64,000 bases of DNA from Tubiluchus corallicola (lineage: Eukaryota > Animalia > Priapulida). Positions 41,451 through 51,604 of this stretch are shown here, in pieces. Within the stretch, counting starts at the first letter, position 1. Every line of letters begins with the position of its first letter. Under the pieces are notes generated by a model. It was not told where the DNA came from. It saw only the letters and a program-made list of their open reading frames with translations, and ran no database searches. The stretch spans positions 58,429 to 122,428 of the forward strand of contig JAQGDQ010000440.1 in assembly GCA_030141605.1 (NCBI GenBank). Reading direction: 5' to 3'. Both the position numbers and the translations under genes were made by a program.

Positions 41451-43169
41451 CTACAAGCAACCTGTAATTTCATCAGGGCTTGAGGGATTAAAAGCATTAT
41501 AGAGTATGAAAACACTTCCTTCTATACCACCACTCTCCCATACAGATTTGATACCACAAAAATCGCTTAACACAATATTATTTCCTATTTCCATATACCC
41601 TCCAATAGATTCTAGAACATCTAGCGATAAAGATGTAAGAGCATAGTTGCCATATATACTCATATACCCTCCAATAGATTCTAGAACATCTAGCGATAAA
41701 GATGTAAGAGCATCGTTGCCATATATAGTCATATCCCCTCCAATAGATTCTAGAACATCTAGCGATAAAGATGTAAGAGCATCGTTGTCATATATACCCA
41801 TATCCCCTCCAATAGATTGTAGAACATCTAGCGATAAAGATGTAAGAGCATCGTTGTCATATATACCCATATCCCCTCCAATAGATTGTAGAACATCTAG
41901 CGATAAAGATGTAAGAGCATCGTTATAAGATATACTCATATTCCCTCCAATAATAGATTCTAGAACATCTAGCGATAAAGATGTAAGAGCATCGTTATAA
42001 AATATTCTCATATCCCCTCCAATAGATTCTAGAACATCTAGCGATAAAGATGTAAGAGCATTGTTGCCAGATATATTCATATACCCTCCAATAGATTCTA
42101 GAACATCTAGCGATAAAGATGTAAGAGCATCGTTGCCATATATAGTCATATCCCCTCCAATAGATTCTAGAACATCTAGCGATAAAGATGTAAGAGCATC
42201 GTTGTCATATATACCCATATCCCCTCCAATAGATTGTAGAACATCTAGCGATAAAGATGTAAGAGCATCGTTATAAGATATACTCATATTCCCTCCAATA
42301 ATAGATTCTAGAACATCTAGCGATAAAGATGTAAGAGCACTGTTGTCAGATATTCTCATAGAGCCTGCAATAGTTTCTATTCTACCCAAAACTTCCAAAG
42401 AGGTAAGAGCACTGTTGTCAGATATAGATATGGTACCTTCTATAAACTCCAGATTGTGTAAGTCTGACAACGAAGTCAATGAGGATCCTGAAACAGTAAA
42501 ACCACCCACCTGTGTTAAGTCCGACAAGGATTCTAATGATTCAATATCTTTACCGATTAAGGCAAGCGCTCCCAAAATCCTGGTGTAGCCTTTTGACCCA
42601 AAATTATTTACTGCATCTTGAGAATACAGCGACACATTACCATAAAATATGGTGCCACTAGACTGTCCGTCAGTTCCACTTTTCAGATCTTCTATTTCTT
42701 GTAGTAGTGCTTCTACCTGCTTTTCTAATTCACCTATTTTATCAGCATTACCACTTACATCAGTTCCCAAACTTTGTATCTCCCCCTGTAGATCGTCTAT
42801 TAAATCTATTTTTTCTCCAATAGCTACCACAAGTTTATCTAAATCGTCAATTTGTTCGTTCACACCTTCTATGGCTTGCTCTAACTCACTGATTCTCTTA
42901 AGCATATCATCACTGGAGTTTTTATAATCTTCTAACTCCTCCTCTAATTCTTGTTTTTGCTGTTTGAGGCTGGATACTTCGCTATTTAATAAATCAATGG
43001 TCTGTTGCAATTCTCTTTTTTCTTCTTCCCACTGTGACAATCCATCGTCCAACTGTGACAATCCATCGTCGTTGAGTGAGCTTTTATCTTTTTCACAGGA
43101 AGAGGAAGAGAGTACAACTAACAAAATAAGTATACTGCTTTTTAGAACTAACAAGTGTGACTTTTTCAT
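41451..43169 (-). CDS. surface lipoprotein with a coiled-coil stalk and a receptor-L-domain/LRR-like solenoid
   Basis: Signal peptide with SSSC lipobox, heptad-rich region, SQDAVNNFG cap, xLTSLxL repeats, LSDFCGI...NAFNP C-cap. Confidence 0.88.
   Translation of the reverse strand: MKKSHLLVLKSSILILLVVLSSSSCEKDKSSLNDDGLSQLDDGLSQWEEEKRELQQTIDLLNSEVSSLKQQKQELEEELEDYKNSSDDMLKRISELEQAIEGVNEQIDDLDKLVVAIGEKIDLIDDLQGEIQSLGTDVSGNADKIGELEKQVEALLQEIEDLKSGTDGQSSGTIFYGNVSLYSQDAVNNFGSKGYTRILGALALIGKDIESLESLSDLTQVGGFTVSGSSLTSLSDLHNLEFIEGTISISDNSALTSLEVLGRIETIAGSMRISDNSALTSLSLDVLESIIGGNMSISYNDALTSLSLDVLQSIGGDMGIYDNDALTSLSLDVLESIGGDMTIYGNDALTSLSLDVLESIGGYMNISGNNALTSLSLDVLESIGGDMRIFYNDALTSLSLDVLESIIGGNMSISYNDALTSLSLDVLQSIGGDMGIYDNDALTSLSLDVLQSIGGDMGIYDNDALTSLSLDVLESIGGDMTIYGNDALTSLSLDVLESIGGYMSIYGNYALTSLSLDVLESIGGYMEIGNNIVLSDFCGIKSVWESGGIEGSVFILYNAFNPSSPDEITGCL
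41574..42338 (-). repeat. 11 in-frame tandem repeats of 69 or 72 bp (ALTSLSLDVL[EQ]SI(I)GGxMxIxxNx)
   Basis: Core tagaacatctagcgataaagatgtaagagc is identical in all 11 units. Confidence 0.95.
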
Positions 43170-43277
43170 TTCAATTTCAGACTTTTTATATAAATTAAAT
43201 AATAGTTAGTAAACTGGAATAATTATGAGGCTAAAGATACAAATAAAATATCTAATTTATTCCAGATCTTTTGGTAA

Positions 43278-43414
43278 AAGGTCATCTCAAGGAGAAATTT
43301 TTTGGTTTGCGTTGATGAAAATTAATGAAAAATTTTCAGCGCGCTGCGAATAAAAGTTTGGCGTAAAATCCCTACAAAAATACTAATGAAAAAAATGAGT
43401 TTTGCTAAAGCCTC
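43278..43414 (+). mobile_element. degenerate MITE-like copy
   Basis: Right end aaaatactaatgaaaaaaatgagttttgctaaagcctc; left end is weak. Confidence 0.55.
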
Positions 43415-43426
43415 GCTATATCAACC

Positions 43427-45889
43427 TCACCTTAGTGTAACAACTGTAATTCCAGAGCCTCCCTGTCTCACATCCTCATCACGAAAGTGCTTTACAACAG
43501 GTTCCGTATTCAGATAGTCACGAATAGACTCACGTAACGCACCGCTTCCCTTGCCATGCAGTATGCGTAACTCCTCAGCATCAGATATCACGGCGCTATC
43601 AATAAGGCTCTGTATTTTAGGTAAGGCTTCATCTGCACGCATACCGCGTACATCAATACTCGAATTAAATGCTACCTGCCTGTTAACAGTATCACCGTGT
43701 CTCTTTATCCTGCTTTTATCACGGCGCCTGGCTCTATTGTTCGATACCCACTCCAGGTCATCATGCTTAACCACCGACTTTAGCTGGCCAAAAGCAACCA
43801 CAGCACTTTTTCCTTTTATCTCTACCACTTCACCAATCACCTCACCCTCTTTGACCCTAACCATATCCCCCTTCCCTACTCTTGCAGGCTTAGCTGTCTC
43901 CTGCTGCTTATCATCAGGCAAACGCTTCCCTCGCCGACCCTTCTCTTTACGTATCTTTTTCATTTTACGCCGTACCTCACCCTCTTCCTCAAATGGCTCC
44001 TCGGAAATACTCTCTTTGAATTTATTCAGTTTCTCACGTGTACTTCGGGTACGCTCCTTCTCCGCCTTCGACTCCTTTATCTCCCGTATCGTATTTTCAA
44101 TAATACGATTAGAGCTTAGTAATATCTCATTAGCCTCCCTGCGAGCCTTCTCAAGTATCCTCTCCCTCATTTCACTTATATCCTTAAGCCCCCTCTCATA
44201 CTGCTCCGAAAGCTTATCAAAATGGCGTTCAGCACCCTTTATCTGTTTGCGCTTCAACTCCCAGTAGCGCTTATCTCTTATTATATCACGCAAATGCCTG
44301 TCAAAATGAATATGATCTTTCCCCACCTTCCCGGTAGCCTCCTTCAGTATATCTTCAGACAATCCTATCTTGCGCGCTATCTCAAAGGCAAATGAACTGC
44401 CCGGTTTTCCTATCTCCAGTTGAAACATTGGCTCCATTTTATGCACATCATAAAGCATGGCACCATTCTCTATCCCCTCCGCCAAAGATGCAAAATGCTT
44501 GAGGTTAGTATAATGAGTTGTAATAACACCGTATGTACCAGAGAGGTTCATATGGTTTAATATCGATTCAGATATTGCACCCCCCAGCATAGGCTCTGTT
44601 CCCGTTCCAAACTCATCAATCAGTATCAATGTTTGCGGGCTACAATTTTTTATAAAGAACTTCATACTTAGAAGATGTGAGCTGTATGTACTAAGATCGT
44701 TCTCCATAGATTGATCGTCGCCTATATCCACAAATATTTTATCAAAAATACCTGCACGGCTATCCTCACTCATGGGAACAGGTATACCACACTGAAGCAT
44801 ATATTGTAACAGACCCACCGTTTTCAGGCAAACCGATTTCCCTCCCGCATTAGGTCCTGAAATCAAAAGTATTCGCCCCTCCTTATTGAGGGATATGCAG
44901 AGGGGGACAATTTTGCGCTTTTCGCCTGCCAGAGCCCTCTCCAGTAGCGGATGTCTTGCCTCGTCCCACTCCAGCTCAGGAGTAGATGAAACATGAGGGT
45001 TAACCGAATCCATTTGAATCGAAAGCGAAGCTTTTGCACGAATAAAGTCAAGCTGCGCCAAAACAATATAGGAAAAAGACAACTCACCAGCATAAGGGCG
45101 CACATCATCCGTAAAAGCTATAACTATTTTGTTTATCTCACGCTTCTCCAATGACTCCAGCTCCCTGATACAATTATTTATTTCAACAACCTCAGCTGGT
45201 TCAATATATGATGTTTGTCCGGAAGCCGATTCATCATGCACAATGCCTTTCAGCTTCCTCTTATTGGATGAGGCAATGGGAATAACAGCCCTCCCGTCCC
45301 TTATCGAAACAGAAACACCCCTCTCTACCAGTCCGCTTGCTTGTGATTTACGCAATATACCCTGTATCGTCCTTGATAGCCCCGACTGTTTCGAAAGTAT
45401 ATCACGCCGTATTTTTGATAGATTGGGAGATGCACTATCTTTTATCTTTCCATGCTTGCTTATTATTTGATTGAGCCTGTCATAGATAAAAGGGAAAGCC
45501 TGCATATCTTTTACAACCTCTTTTAAACGAATAAACTCCTCTTCTTCCCTCTCATTAAAAAAGGATATAACGGCCTTTAATGTTTCTAATGATCGTTTAA
45601 AATCAAATAGCTCCTGTATCTCAAAAAATGCCCCTTCTATTTTTATTCTTTGAAGTGACGGCCTCATATCAAAATAAAAGCTCGCCGGAAAGCTTATCCC
45701 TTTGCGGAGTATATCCATAAACTCAACTGTCTCCTCCAGCCTCCTTACCACCTCTTCATGCTCTACTGAGAACCCTTCATTCTCAACAATATCTCTACCC
45801 AAAGAGCTAAGGCACTTTTCATACAACAGCTCTCTGATCTTATCAAAGCCGATTTTACTTTCAAAATTTGAGGGGTATACACCTTTCAT
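43427..45889 (-). CDS. mutS2: MutS2 with Smr domain
   Basis: GIVHDESASGQT, SGPNAGGKS, DLSTYSSHL, DEFGTGTEP, TTHY, IDVRGMR..LHGKGSG. Confidence 0.96.
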   Translation of the reverse strand: MKGVYPSNFESKIGFDKIRELLYEKCLSSLGRDIVENEGFSVEHEEVVRRLEETVEFMDILRKGISFPASFYFDMRPSLQRIKIEGAFFEIQELFDFKRSLETLKAVISFFNEREEEEFIRLKEVVKDMQAFPFIYDRLNQIISKHGKIKDSASPNLSKIRRDILSKQSGLSRTIQGILRKSQASGLVERGVSVSIRDGRAVIPIASSNKRKLKGIVHDESASGQTSYIEPAEVVEINNCIRELESLEKREINKIVIAFTDDVRPYAGELSFSYIVLAQLDFIRAKASLSIQMDSVNPHVSSTPELEWDEARHPLLERALAGEKRKIVPLCISLNKEGRILLISGPNAGGKSVCLKTVGLLQYMLQCGIPVPMSEDSRAGIFDKIFVDIGDDQSMENDLSTYSSHLLSMKFFIKNCSPQTLILIDEFGTGTEPMLGGAISESILNHMNLSGTYGVITTHYTNLKHFASLAEGIENGAMLYDVHKMEPMFQLEIGKPGSSFAFEIARKIGLSEDILKEATGKVGKDHIHFDRHLRDIIRDKRYWELKRKQIKGAERHFDKLSEQYERGLKDISEMRERILEKARREANEILLSSNRIIENTIREIKESKAEKERTRSTREKLNKFKESISEEPFEEEGEVRRKMKKIRKEKGRRGKRLPDDKQQETAKPARVGKGDMVRVKEGEVIGEVVEIKGKSAVVAFGQLKSVVKHDDLEWVSNNRARRRDKSRIKRHGDTVNRQVAFNSSIDVRGMRADEALPKIQSLIDSAVISDAEELRILHGKGSGALRESIRDYLNTEPVVKHFRDEDVRQGGSGITVVTLR

Positions 45890-45987
45890 ATATTCTATTT
45901 TGCCTTACAGAAATAAGCATATATAAGCGCGGAAATTTTCTAAATCATTTTTTTACCACAAGCTACAAAAAGCTGAACTTTACGCTG

Positions 45988-47709
45988 TCACCCCCTGGGC
46001 ACACCCTTATCTTCAGGGAAGCGATTGGAATACTCTATCCAGAAATTATGAACCTCCTGCTTCATATCCTTCCTCAGAAGAAGAATACCCAGCAGATTAG
46101 GTATAGTCATTAAAGCAATAGCCAACCCAGCAAAAGTCCACACAATGGTTGTATCAACAAAGGAGGCAACAAAAAACCCTGCAACATAAACTATACGATA
46201 GAAAAGAACGCCTCCACTCCCAAATATAAATGTAACTGCACGCCCTCCATAGTACGACCACGAAATAGCAGTTGAAAACGCAAAAAGCAGTAACCCAATA
46301 GAAACAATGTAGCGCCCATATTTCCCCAGTAAACTGTGCGTAAAAGCCTCTGCCGTGAGAGGTGCACTGTGAAGCAGTGACCTCCCCTCTATGTAGTAGG
46401 TCCCATCTCTGATTTTACCGCTATAAACATCTATCGTCCCGCTAACTTTCTCCCCTTTTTGGTTGTAAATAACAACATCCTCCGCTATTGAGCGTGCGTT
46501 AAGTACAGTAACGTCACTCACTATTTGTCCATTTAAGACCTCCATCATCCCGGAAAATAGCTCTATAGTTTTATCCCCGGATATATGATCTCTCAAAAGC
46601 AACAGATCAGAATCATTCTCGTCACTGTACTCTCCAGACAAAATAACCATATCAGCTTTCTGAAAGCGATTAAGATGCTTTTCCGTCCATACCCCTGACG
46701 ACAGTAGCACAAGCCCTGTAAGGGTACAGATAATAATAGTGTCTATGAAAGGCTCCAGCAGAGCTACCAACCCCTCGGAAACAGGCTCGTGAGCACGCGC
46801 AGCAGCATGAGCAATTGGTGCTGAACCTTGGCCTGCCTCATTAGAAAAGAGCCCTCTGTTTACGCCATTGTTAAATGCAAAAGATATCCCCGCACCTAAA
46901 AATCCCCCAGTGGCAGCAGTGCCGGTAAACACGCTCCCAAAAATTGCAAAAAAGGAGGGTATAATATTTTCATAATTACTAGTTATAACAGCAACTGCCC
47001 CCAAAAAATATATAAGCGCCATAGCGGGCACCAGACGGGCAGTAACCTTTGCAATTCTTTTTATTCCTCCTACAATAACAAGTGCCAGAAAAACGGACAG
47101 TATGCCACCAGTAAGCATTTTGTTAATACCCCATGTGGAAAAAACAGAGTTGGAAATGCTATTAATTTGAGGCAGGCAACCTGTACCGAAAGAGGAAATA
47201 ATGGTGCAAAATGAAAAAATCACTGCCATAATCTTGGCTGTTGTCCCCAATTTATACCTGTTGAACAGCCTGAAAGAGGTAAGGCGGTTTTTCATGTAGT
47301 ACATAGGCCCACCGGCAATCATCCCATCTTTGCCCTTCTCCCTATGCCTGTGAGACAAAGTTACCTCTACAAATTTCGTTGTCATGCCAAATAGCGCCGT
47401 TACCAGCATCCAAAAAAGCGCAGCAGGCCCACCCAGATGCACTGCCAACGCAACACCGGCTATATTCCCTGTGCCAACAGTGCCTGAAAGGGCAGTAGTT
47501 AGTGCCTGAAAATGCGAGGTGTCCCCTTCATCACCTTTTTTATCAAATTTACCTCTGACAATCTTTAACGAGTATTTTAGATATCGAAATTGAGGGAACT
47601 TCAAGTATATTGTAAAAAACAGTCCTGTACCAAGAAGAAGGTAGACAAACCACTGTGCTCCTCCTATAAAACTATCAACAGTTTTCAGAAAATTATTTAA
47701 CTCCTCCAT
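45988..47709 (-). CDS. alanine/glycine:cation symporter (AGCS family)
   Basis: [57 protein letters not shown]. Confidence 0.94.
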   Translation of the reverse strand: MEELNNFLKTVDSFIGGAQWFVYLLLGTGLFFTIYLKFPQFRYLKYSLKIVRGKFDKKGDEGDTSHFQALTTALSGTVGTGNIAGVALAVHLGGPAALFWMLVTALFGMTTKFVEVTLSHRHREKGKDGMIAGGPMYYMKNRLTSFRLFNRYKLGTTAKIMAVIFSFCTIISSFGTGCLPQINSISNSVFSTWGINKMLTGGILSVFLALVIVGGIKRIAKVTARLVPAMALIYFLGAVAVITSNYENIIPSFFAIFGSVFTGTAATGGFLGAGISFAFNNGVNRGLFSNEAGQGSAPIAHAAARAHEPVSEGLVALLEPFIDTIIICTLTGLVLLSSGVWTEKHLNRFQKADMVILSGEYSDENDSDLLLLRDHISGDKTIELFSGMMEVLNGQIVSDVTVLNARSIAEDVVIYNQKGEKVSGTIDVYSGKIRDGTYYIEGRSLLHSAPLTAEAFTHSLLGKYGRYIVSIGLLLFAFSTAISWSYYGGRAVTFIFGSGGVLFYRIVYVAGFFVASFVDTTIVWTFAGLAIALMTIPNLLGILLLRKDMKQEVHNFWIEYSNRFPEDKGVPRG

Positions 47710-47753
47710 GCACCTAAATAATCAAATCATTAAAATGAGCCCATAAATATAGA

Positions 47754-47874
47754 GAGACCTTTGCAAAACTCACCTTTTTATTAATGTTTTCGTCAATTTT
47801 TTCTTCAAAATTCTCATTTATGACGATAGTTTATAGCTTTTCATCAACATTCTTCACCTTACAAAAGGCTCCTC
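47754..47874 (-). mobile_element. MITE-like copy, reverse orientation
   Basis: gagacctttgcaaaactcacctttttattaatgttttcgtc is the reverse complement of the right end of the 36127 copy. Confidence 0.75.
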
Positions 47875-48216
47875 ACTTAAAGTCATTGAGAGGAGTGAGA
47901 CCAGTTTAAGTTTACGTGAAGACTTCCATCGCAAAGGATGTTCTCAGCTGTGAAAATGTTAATCTTTAAAAAAAAAAATTAACTTTAGGGCCGCATATGT
48001 TAAAAAAAGAGAAAAATTATTTAAAAGTTATGTATGACTTTATTTTTTCTCTGTGTTTCAAAAAAAGCTTTAGCTCTGCTATATGGTGTGTACAATAGGC
48101 TCATCTGATGAAATAGTTCTAATTAATAAAAATATAAAAAAAAACGGAGCACTAAAAAAACTTTAAGGTGTAACAAACTACACCGAAAAATATTAATTTT
48201 TTATTGAAAAATACTA

Positions 48217-51200
48217 ATGAAAAAGGTACAAGTACACTGTGATGGTTTCCAAGATAATATTTCGCGAAAAATCCTATTAACAATACGAGTAGGTGTTGTG
48301 TTACTGTTTAGCTCATTTTATCATGTTTCTGCTACCACTCCAACTTCTCCCGAAGCAGAGATGAGCTACACTGTCAAAAAACCCAGTAAATATGCACAAG
48401 CTACTACTCATCAAGAGCGGAAGAGTGTGTCCGGGGTAGTAAAAGATGTGGAAGGGGAGCCACTGCCCGGTGTATCCGTTCTGATTAAAGGCGCTACAAC
48501 CGGCACTGTAACAAATGCTAACGGGGATTATACACTTTCCAACCTGAAAGGTGATGAGACACTTATATTTTCTTTTATAGGTATGTCTTCACAGGAGGTT
48601 TGGATCAATAACAGGAGTGTAATCAATATTGTATTGGAAGAGAGTGCTGAAATACTGGCCGAAGCAGTAGTTGTTGCATATGGTACAGTCAAGAGAAGCA
48701 CCATGACAGGTGCCGTTGGGATTATAGATGAAGAGAGGATACAGCAGGCACAGGTTTCCAATATCTCCAGTGCATTGGAAGGTACAAGTTCCGGATTACA
48801 GGTGATTACCCCTTCCGGACAGCCGGGCTCAGGTGCATCGATAAGAATCAGAGGTGTAGGGTCTATTACCGGTTCCAGCGAACCCCTCTATGTGGTAGAT
48901 GGTGTTCCTTTTGACGGGAATCTAAGCTCAATAAACCCAAGCGATGTCGAATCGGTATCTATATTAAAAGACGCTGCATCTGCATCAATCTACGGTTCCA
49001 GAGCCGCCAATGGCGTGGTGGTAATTACAACACATCAGGGTAGAAAAGGAGAAGAGCCTACTATAAATATAAGAAGTACTGCTGGGATATCAGGCAGGGC
49101 GGTAGCTCCGGTAGAAAGAGTCTCTACAAATGACTGGATGGAGATGAAGTGGGAAGCTTTCTTCAATAGCAACCTGGATAATGGCCAAGATGCGCAAGCT
49201 GCGGCAGAGAATGCCTCTAAATCATTGATAAGCTCTATTGGTATAAACCCCTATGGAAGTAGCAATCCCGAACCGGTTGGGCACGATGGAAAGCTAAAAG
49301 AGGGGCTAACCCCTCTCTGGGATGATGACTGGGATAAAGCCATTATCGGACGTGGGGAGAGATATGAAACCAATGTTAATGTGCGAGGCGGAAGCGATAA
49401 AACAAGGTACTATTTCTCCTTCGGTCGCCTCGATGAAAAAGGGATTATGCTGGGATCTGCCTTTCAAAGAACATCAGCAAGGTTAAACATAACCAACGAC
49501 ACAAAGAGATGGCTAACGCTTAACTTAAATATTAGCTATTCAAATTCCAAGCAAAATTTTAACGACAGCCAGGATAGTAATGTTAATAATGGGGCTACTT
49601 ATGGTTTGAGTATGCCCAACTTCTACCCAATATATAAGCGGGACTGGGAGACAGGCGAGTATCTACTGGATAATAGCGGCAATAAGCAGTACGACTGGGG
49701 AACATACCGGACATCATCTTTTGCCACCAGCAATTTAATAGATCAGCTTAACAACCATATTATTGACGAAAGAAAGAGGGATCTAATCTCGCTAAGAGGC
49801 TATGCCGAAATTGACATAGCCCAAACTCATAATAGTTTAAATGTACTGGAGGGACTGGTTTTTAAAACAAGCTATAATACAGATGTTAGTTTTAGGAATA
49901 ATCACACCTACTCACCTCTATTTAAAGCCGTTAGCTCAGGGGAAAATGATATTGTTCAGGATTTGCAAAACACATCAGCGTTAAGAACATCAATGATAAC
50001 CAGGAGTTATACATTCAACAACCTGTTGTCATATAAAAAGAGGATTGCAGGTGATCATAACATATCTGCTCTTTTGGGGCAGGAGATGTATGAGTACCAT
50101 TACACATACAACGGGGGAAAAAAAATTAACTTTCCCGTACCAGGAGTAAATGAACCTACATTTGGAGCGCAAATCAGCTCTTATAATGCTTATACTAACC
50201 TTTACAGGCTACAGTCCTATTTTGGCCGGGCAGAGTATAACTTCAGTGAAAAATACAACTCCTCCTTCTCCATAAGAAGAGATGGCTCGTCAATATTTCA
50301 CCCTAACAATAGATGGGGCACATTCTGGTCAGCAGGTCTGGCATGGAATATTCATAGAGAAGACTTCTTTCATCCCGTAAGAGATGTTGTTGATATTCTT
50401 AAACTAAGAGCTAGCTACGGCAGTTCAGGAAATCAAAATATTGGCACCTATTATGCCTATCAGGATCTGTACACGTCGAACCAGATTGGGGGCCTCCCTT
50501 CGCTGACACTCTCCAGGCTAGGAAACAAAGATTTAAGGTGGGAAGCCAATATATCCACAAACATTGGTGTTGATTACGGTTTATTTAACAACAGGCTAAG
50601 AGGTACAATAGAGTGGTTTCAAAGAGTATCAGATGATCTAATCTATAACCTTCCCCTGCCAAACTCTTCCGGTTTTTCAAGTATCCTGTCCAATGCAGGC
50701 ACCATGAAGAACACCGGTTTTGAGTTTGATATAAAGGGAATGATCATAGATAAAGACGATTTTAAATGGGAGTTGGGTTTTAATGCAACAACAGTAAAAA
50801 ATAAAATTACCCAGTACCCTGTTGAGGAAGGAAGTATCGTCGGTACAAAAAGGTATATAACAGGTGGTGATATCTACACTTTCTATATCAGAGAGTGGGC
50901 AGGCATGTCAAAAATAGATCAACAGCTGTATAACAGGGTGTATGATTCCGAAAGTCCGGATGGCAGGATAGAAGAGGTGGCCTCACTCTCCAGAGGAGGA
51001 GAGCCAACCTGGTACCTGATTGATCCTGATACCGGCGAAAAATATGCCACAACCAATTATAATGAAGCAGACAGAATAGATGCAGGTAGCGCTCTGCCCG
51101 ATTTTTATGGAGGGGTCAACACCTATATAAAGCTTCATAATTTTGAAATTACGGCGCTTATTTCTTATAGAGTAGGTGGACAAATATATACAAGTGGTGA

Positions 51201-51591
51201 TTATACCCGCTGGTTTGGAACAGGTAGTACTAATGCACGTCCGTGGGCTACAGATATGCTTGACCGATGGACACCGGAAAACCAGGACTCCGATTTGCCA
51301 AGGCTACAAAGTACTGCCCCTCAAAATGGATGGGGAAGTACTTCAACCAGACATCTGTATAGCGGCAGCTATGCCCGGTTAAAAAACCTCACTATTACCT
51401 ATAATGTGCCTAAAGATTTTATTTCCAGAATGGGCATGGAAAACCTGAACCTGTTTGTACAGGGAGAGAACCTGTTTACCCTGTTTAGCCTGGATGGTGT
51501 CGATCCTGAGTTAGGGGGCTTAGATGGTGTTACCGGATATAACTACCCGGCGGCTAAGGTGTTTTCAGGTGGCATAAATTTAACCTTTTAA
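48217..51591 (+). CDS. susC: SusC/RagA TonB-linked outer membrane protein
   Basis: GEPLPGVSV, IRIRGVGS, PLYVVDG, LKDAASASIYGSRAANGVVVITT, LRWE, terminal Phe. Confidence 0.96.
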   Translation: MKKVQVHCDGFQDNISRKILLTIRVGVVLLFSSFYHVSATTPTSPEAEMSYTVKKPSKYAQATTHQERKSVSGVVKDVEGEPLPGVSVLIKGATTGTVTNANGDYTLSNLKGDETLIFSFIGMSSQEVWINNRSVINIVLEESAEILAEAVVVAYGTVKRSTMTGAVGIIDEERIQQAQVSNISSALEGTSSGLQVITPSGQPGSGASIRIRGVGSITGSSEPLYVVDGVPFDGNLSSINPSDVESVSILKDAASASIYGSRAANGVVVITTHQGRKGEEPTINIRSTAGISGRAVAPVERVSTNDWMEMKWEAFFNSNLDNGQDAQAAAENASKSLISSIGINPYGSSNPEPVGHDGKLKEGLTPLWDDDWDKAIIGRGERYETNVNVRGGSDKTRYYFSFGRLDEKGIMLGSAFQRTSARLNITNDTKRWLTLNLNISYSNSKQNFNDSQDSNVNNGATYGLSMPNFYPIYKRDWETGEYLLDNSGNKQYDWGTYRTSSFATSNLIDQLNNHIIDERKRDLISLRGYAEIDIAQTHNSLNVLEGLVFKTSYNTDVSFRNNHTYSPLFKAVSSGENDIVQDLQNTSALRTSMITRSYTFNNLLSYKKRIAGDHNISALLGQEMYEYHYTYNGGKKINFPVPGVNEPTFGAQISSYNAYTNLYRLQSYFGRAEYNFSEKYNSSFSIRRDGSSIFHPNNRWGTFWSAGLAWNIHREDFFHPVRDVVDILKLRASYGSSGNQNIGTYYAYQDLYTSNQIGGLPSLTLSRLGNKDLRWEANISTNIGVDYGLFNNRLRGTIEWFQRVSDDLIYNLPLPNSSGFSSILSNAGTMKNTGFEFDIKGMIIDKDDFKWELGFNATTVKNKITQYPVEEGSIVGTKRYITGGDIYTFYIREWAGMSKIDQQLYNRVYDSESPDGRIEEVASLSRGGEPTWYLIDPDTGEKYATTNYNEADRIDAGSALPDFYGGVNTYIKLHNFEITALISYRVGGQIYTSGDYTRWFGTGSTNARPWATDMLDRWTPENQDSDLPRLQSTAPQNGWGSTSTRHLYSGSYARLKNLTITYNVPKDFISRMGMENLNLFVQGENLFTLFSLDGVDPELGGLDGVTGYNYPAAKVFSGGINLTF

Positions 51592-51604
51592 GAATATTTT
51601 AAAG

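Noticed and set aside
41574-42338. Tandem repeats as a second CRISPR array or a diversity-generating retroelement target
   Set aside because: The units are in-frame coding repeats with related variable parts. Many changes could derive from adenines, but synonymous adenines in the scaffold never vary, and no reverse transcriptase or template repeat is seen in the window
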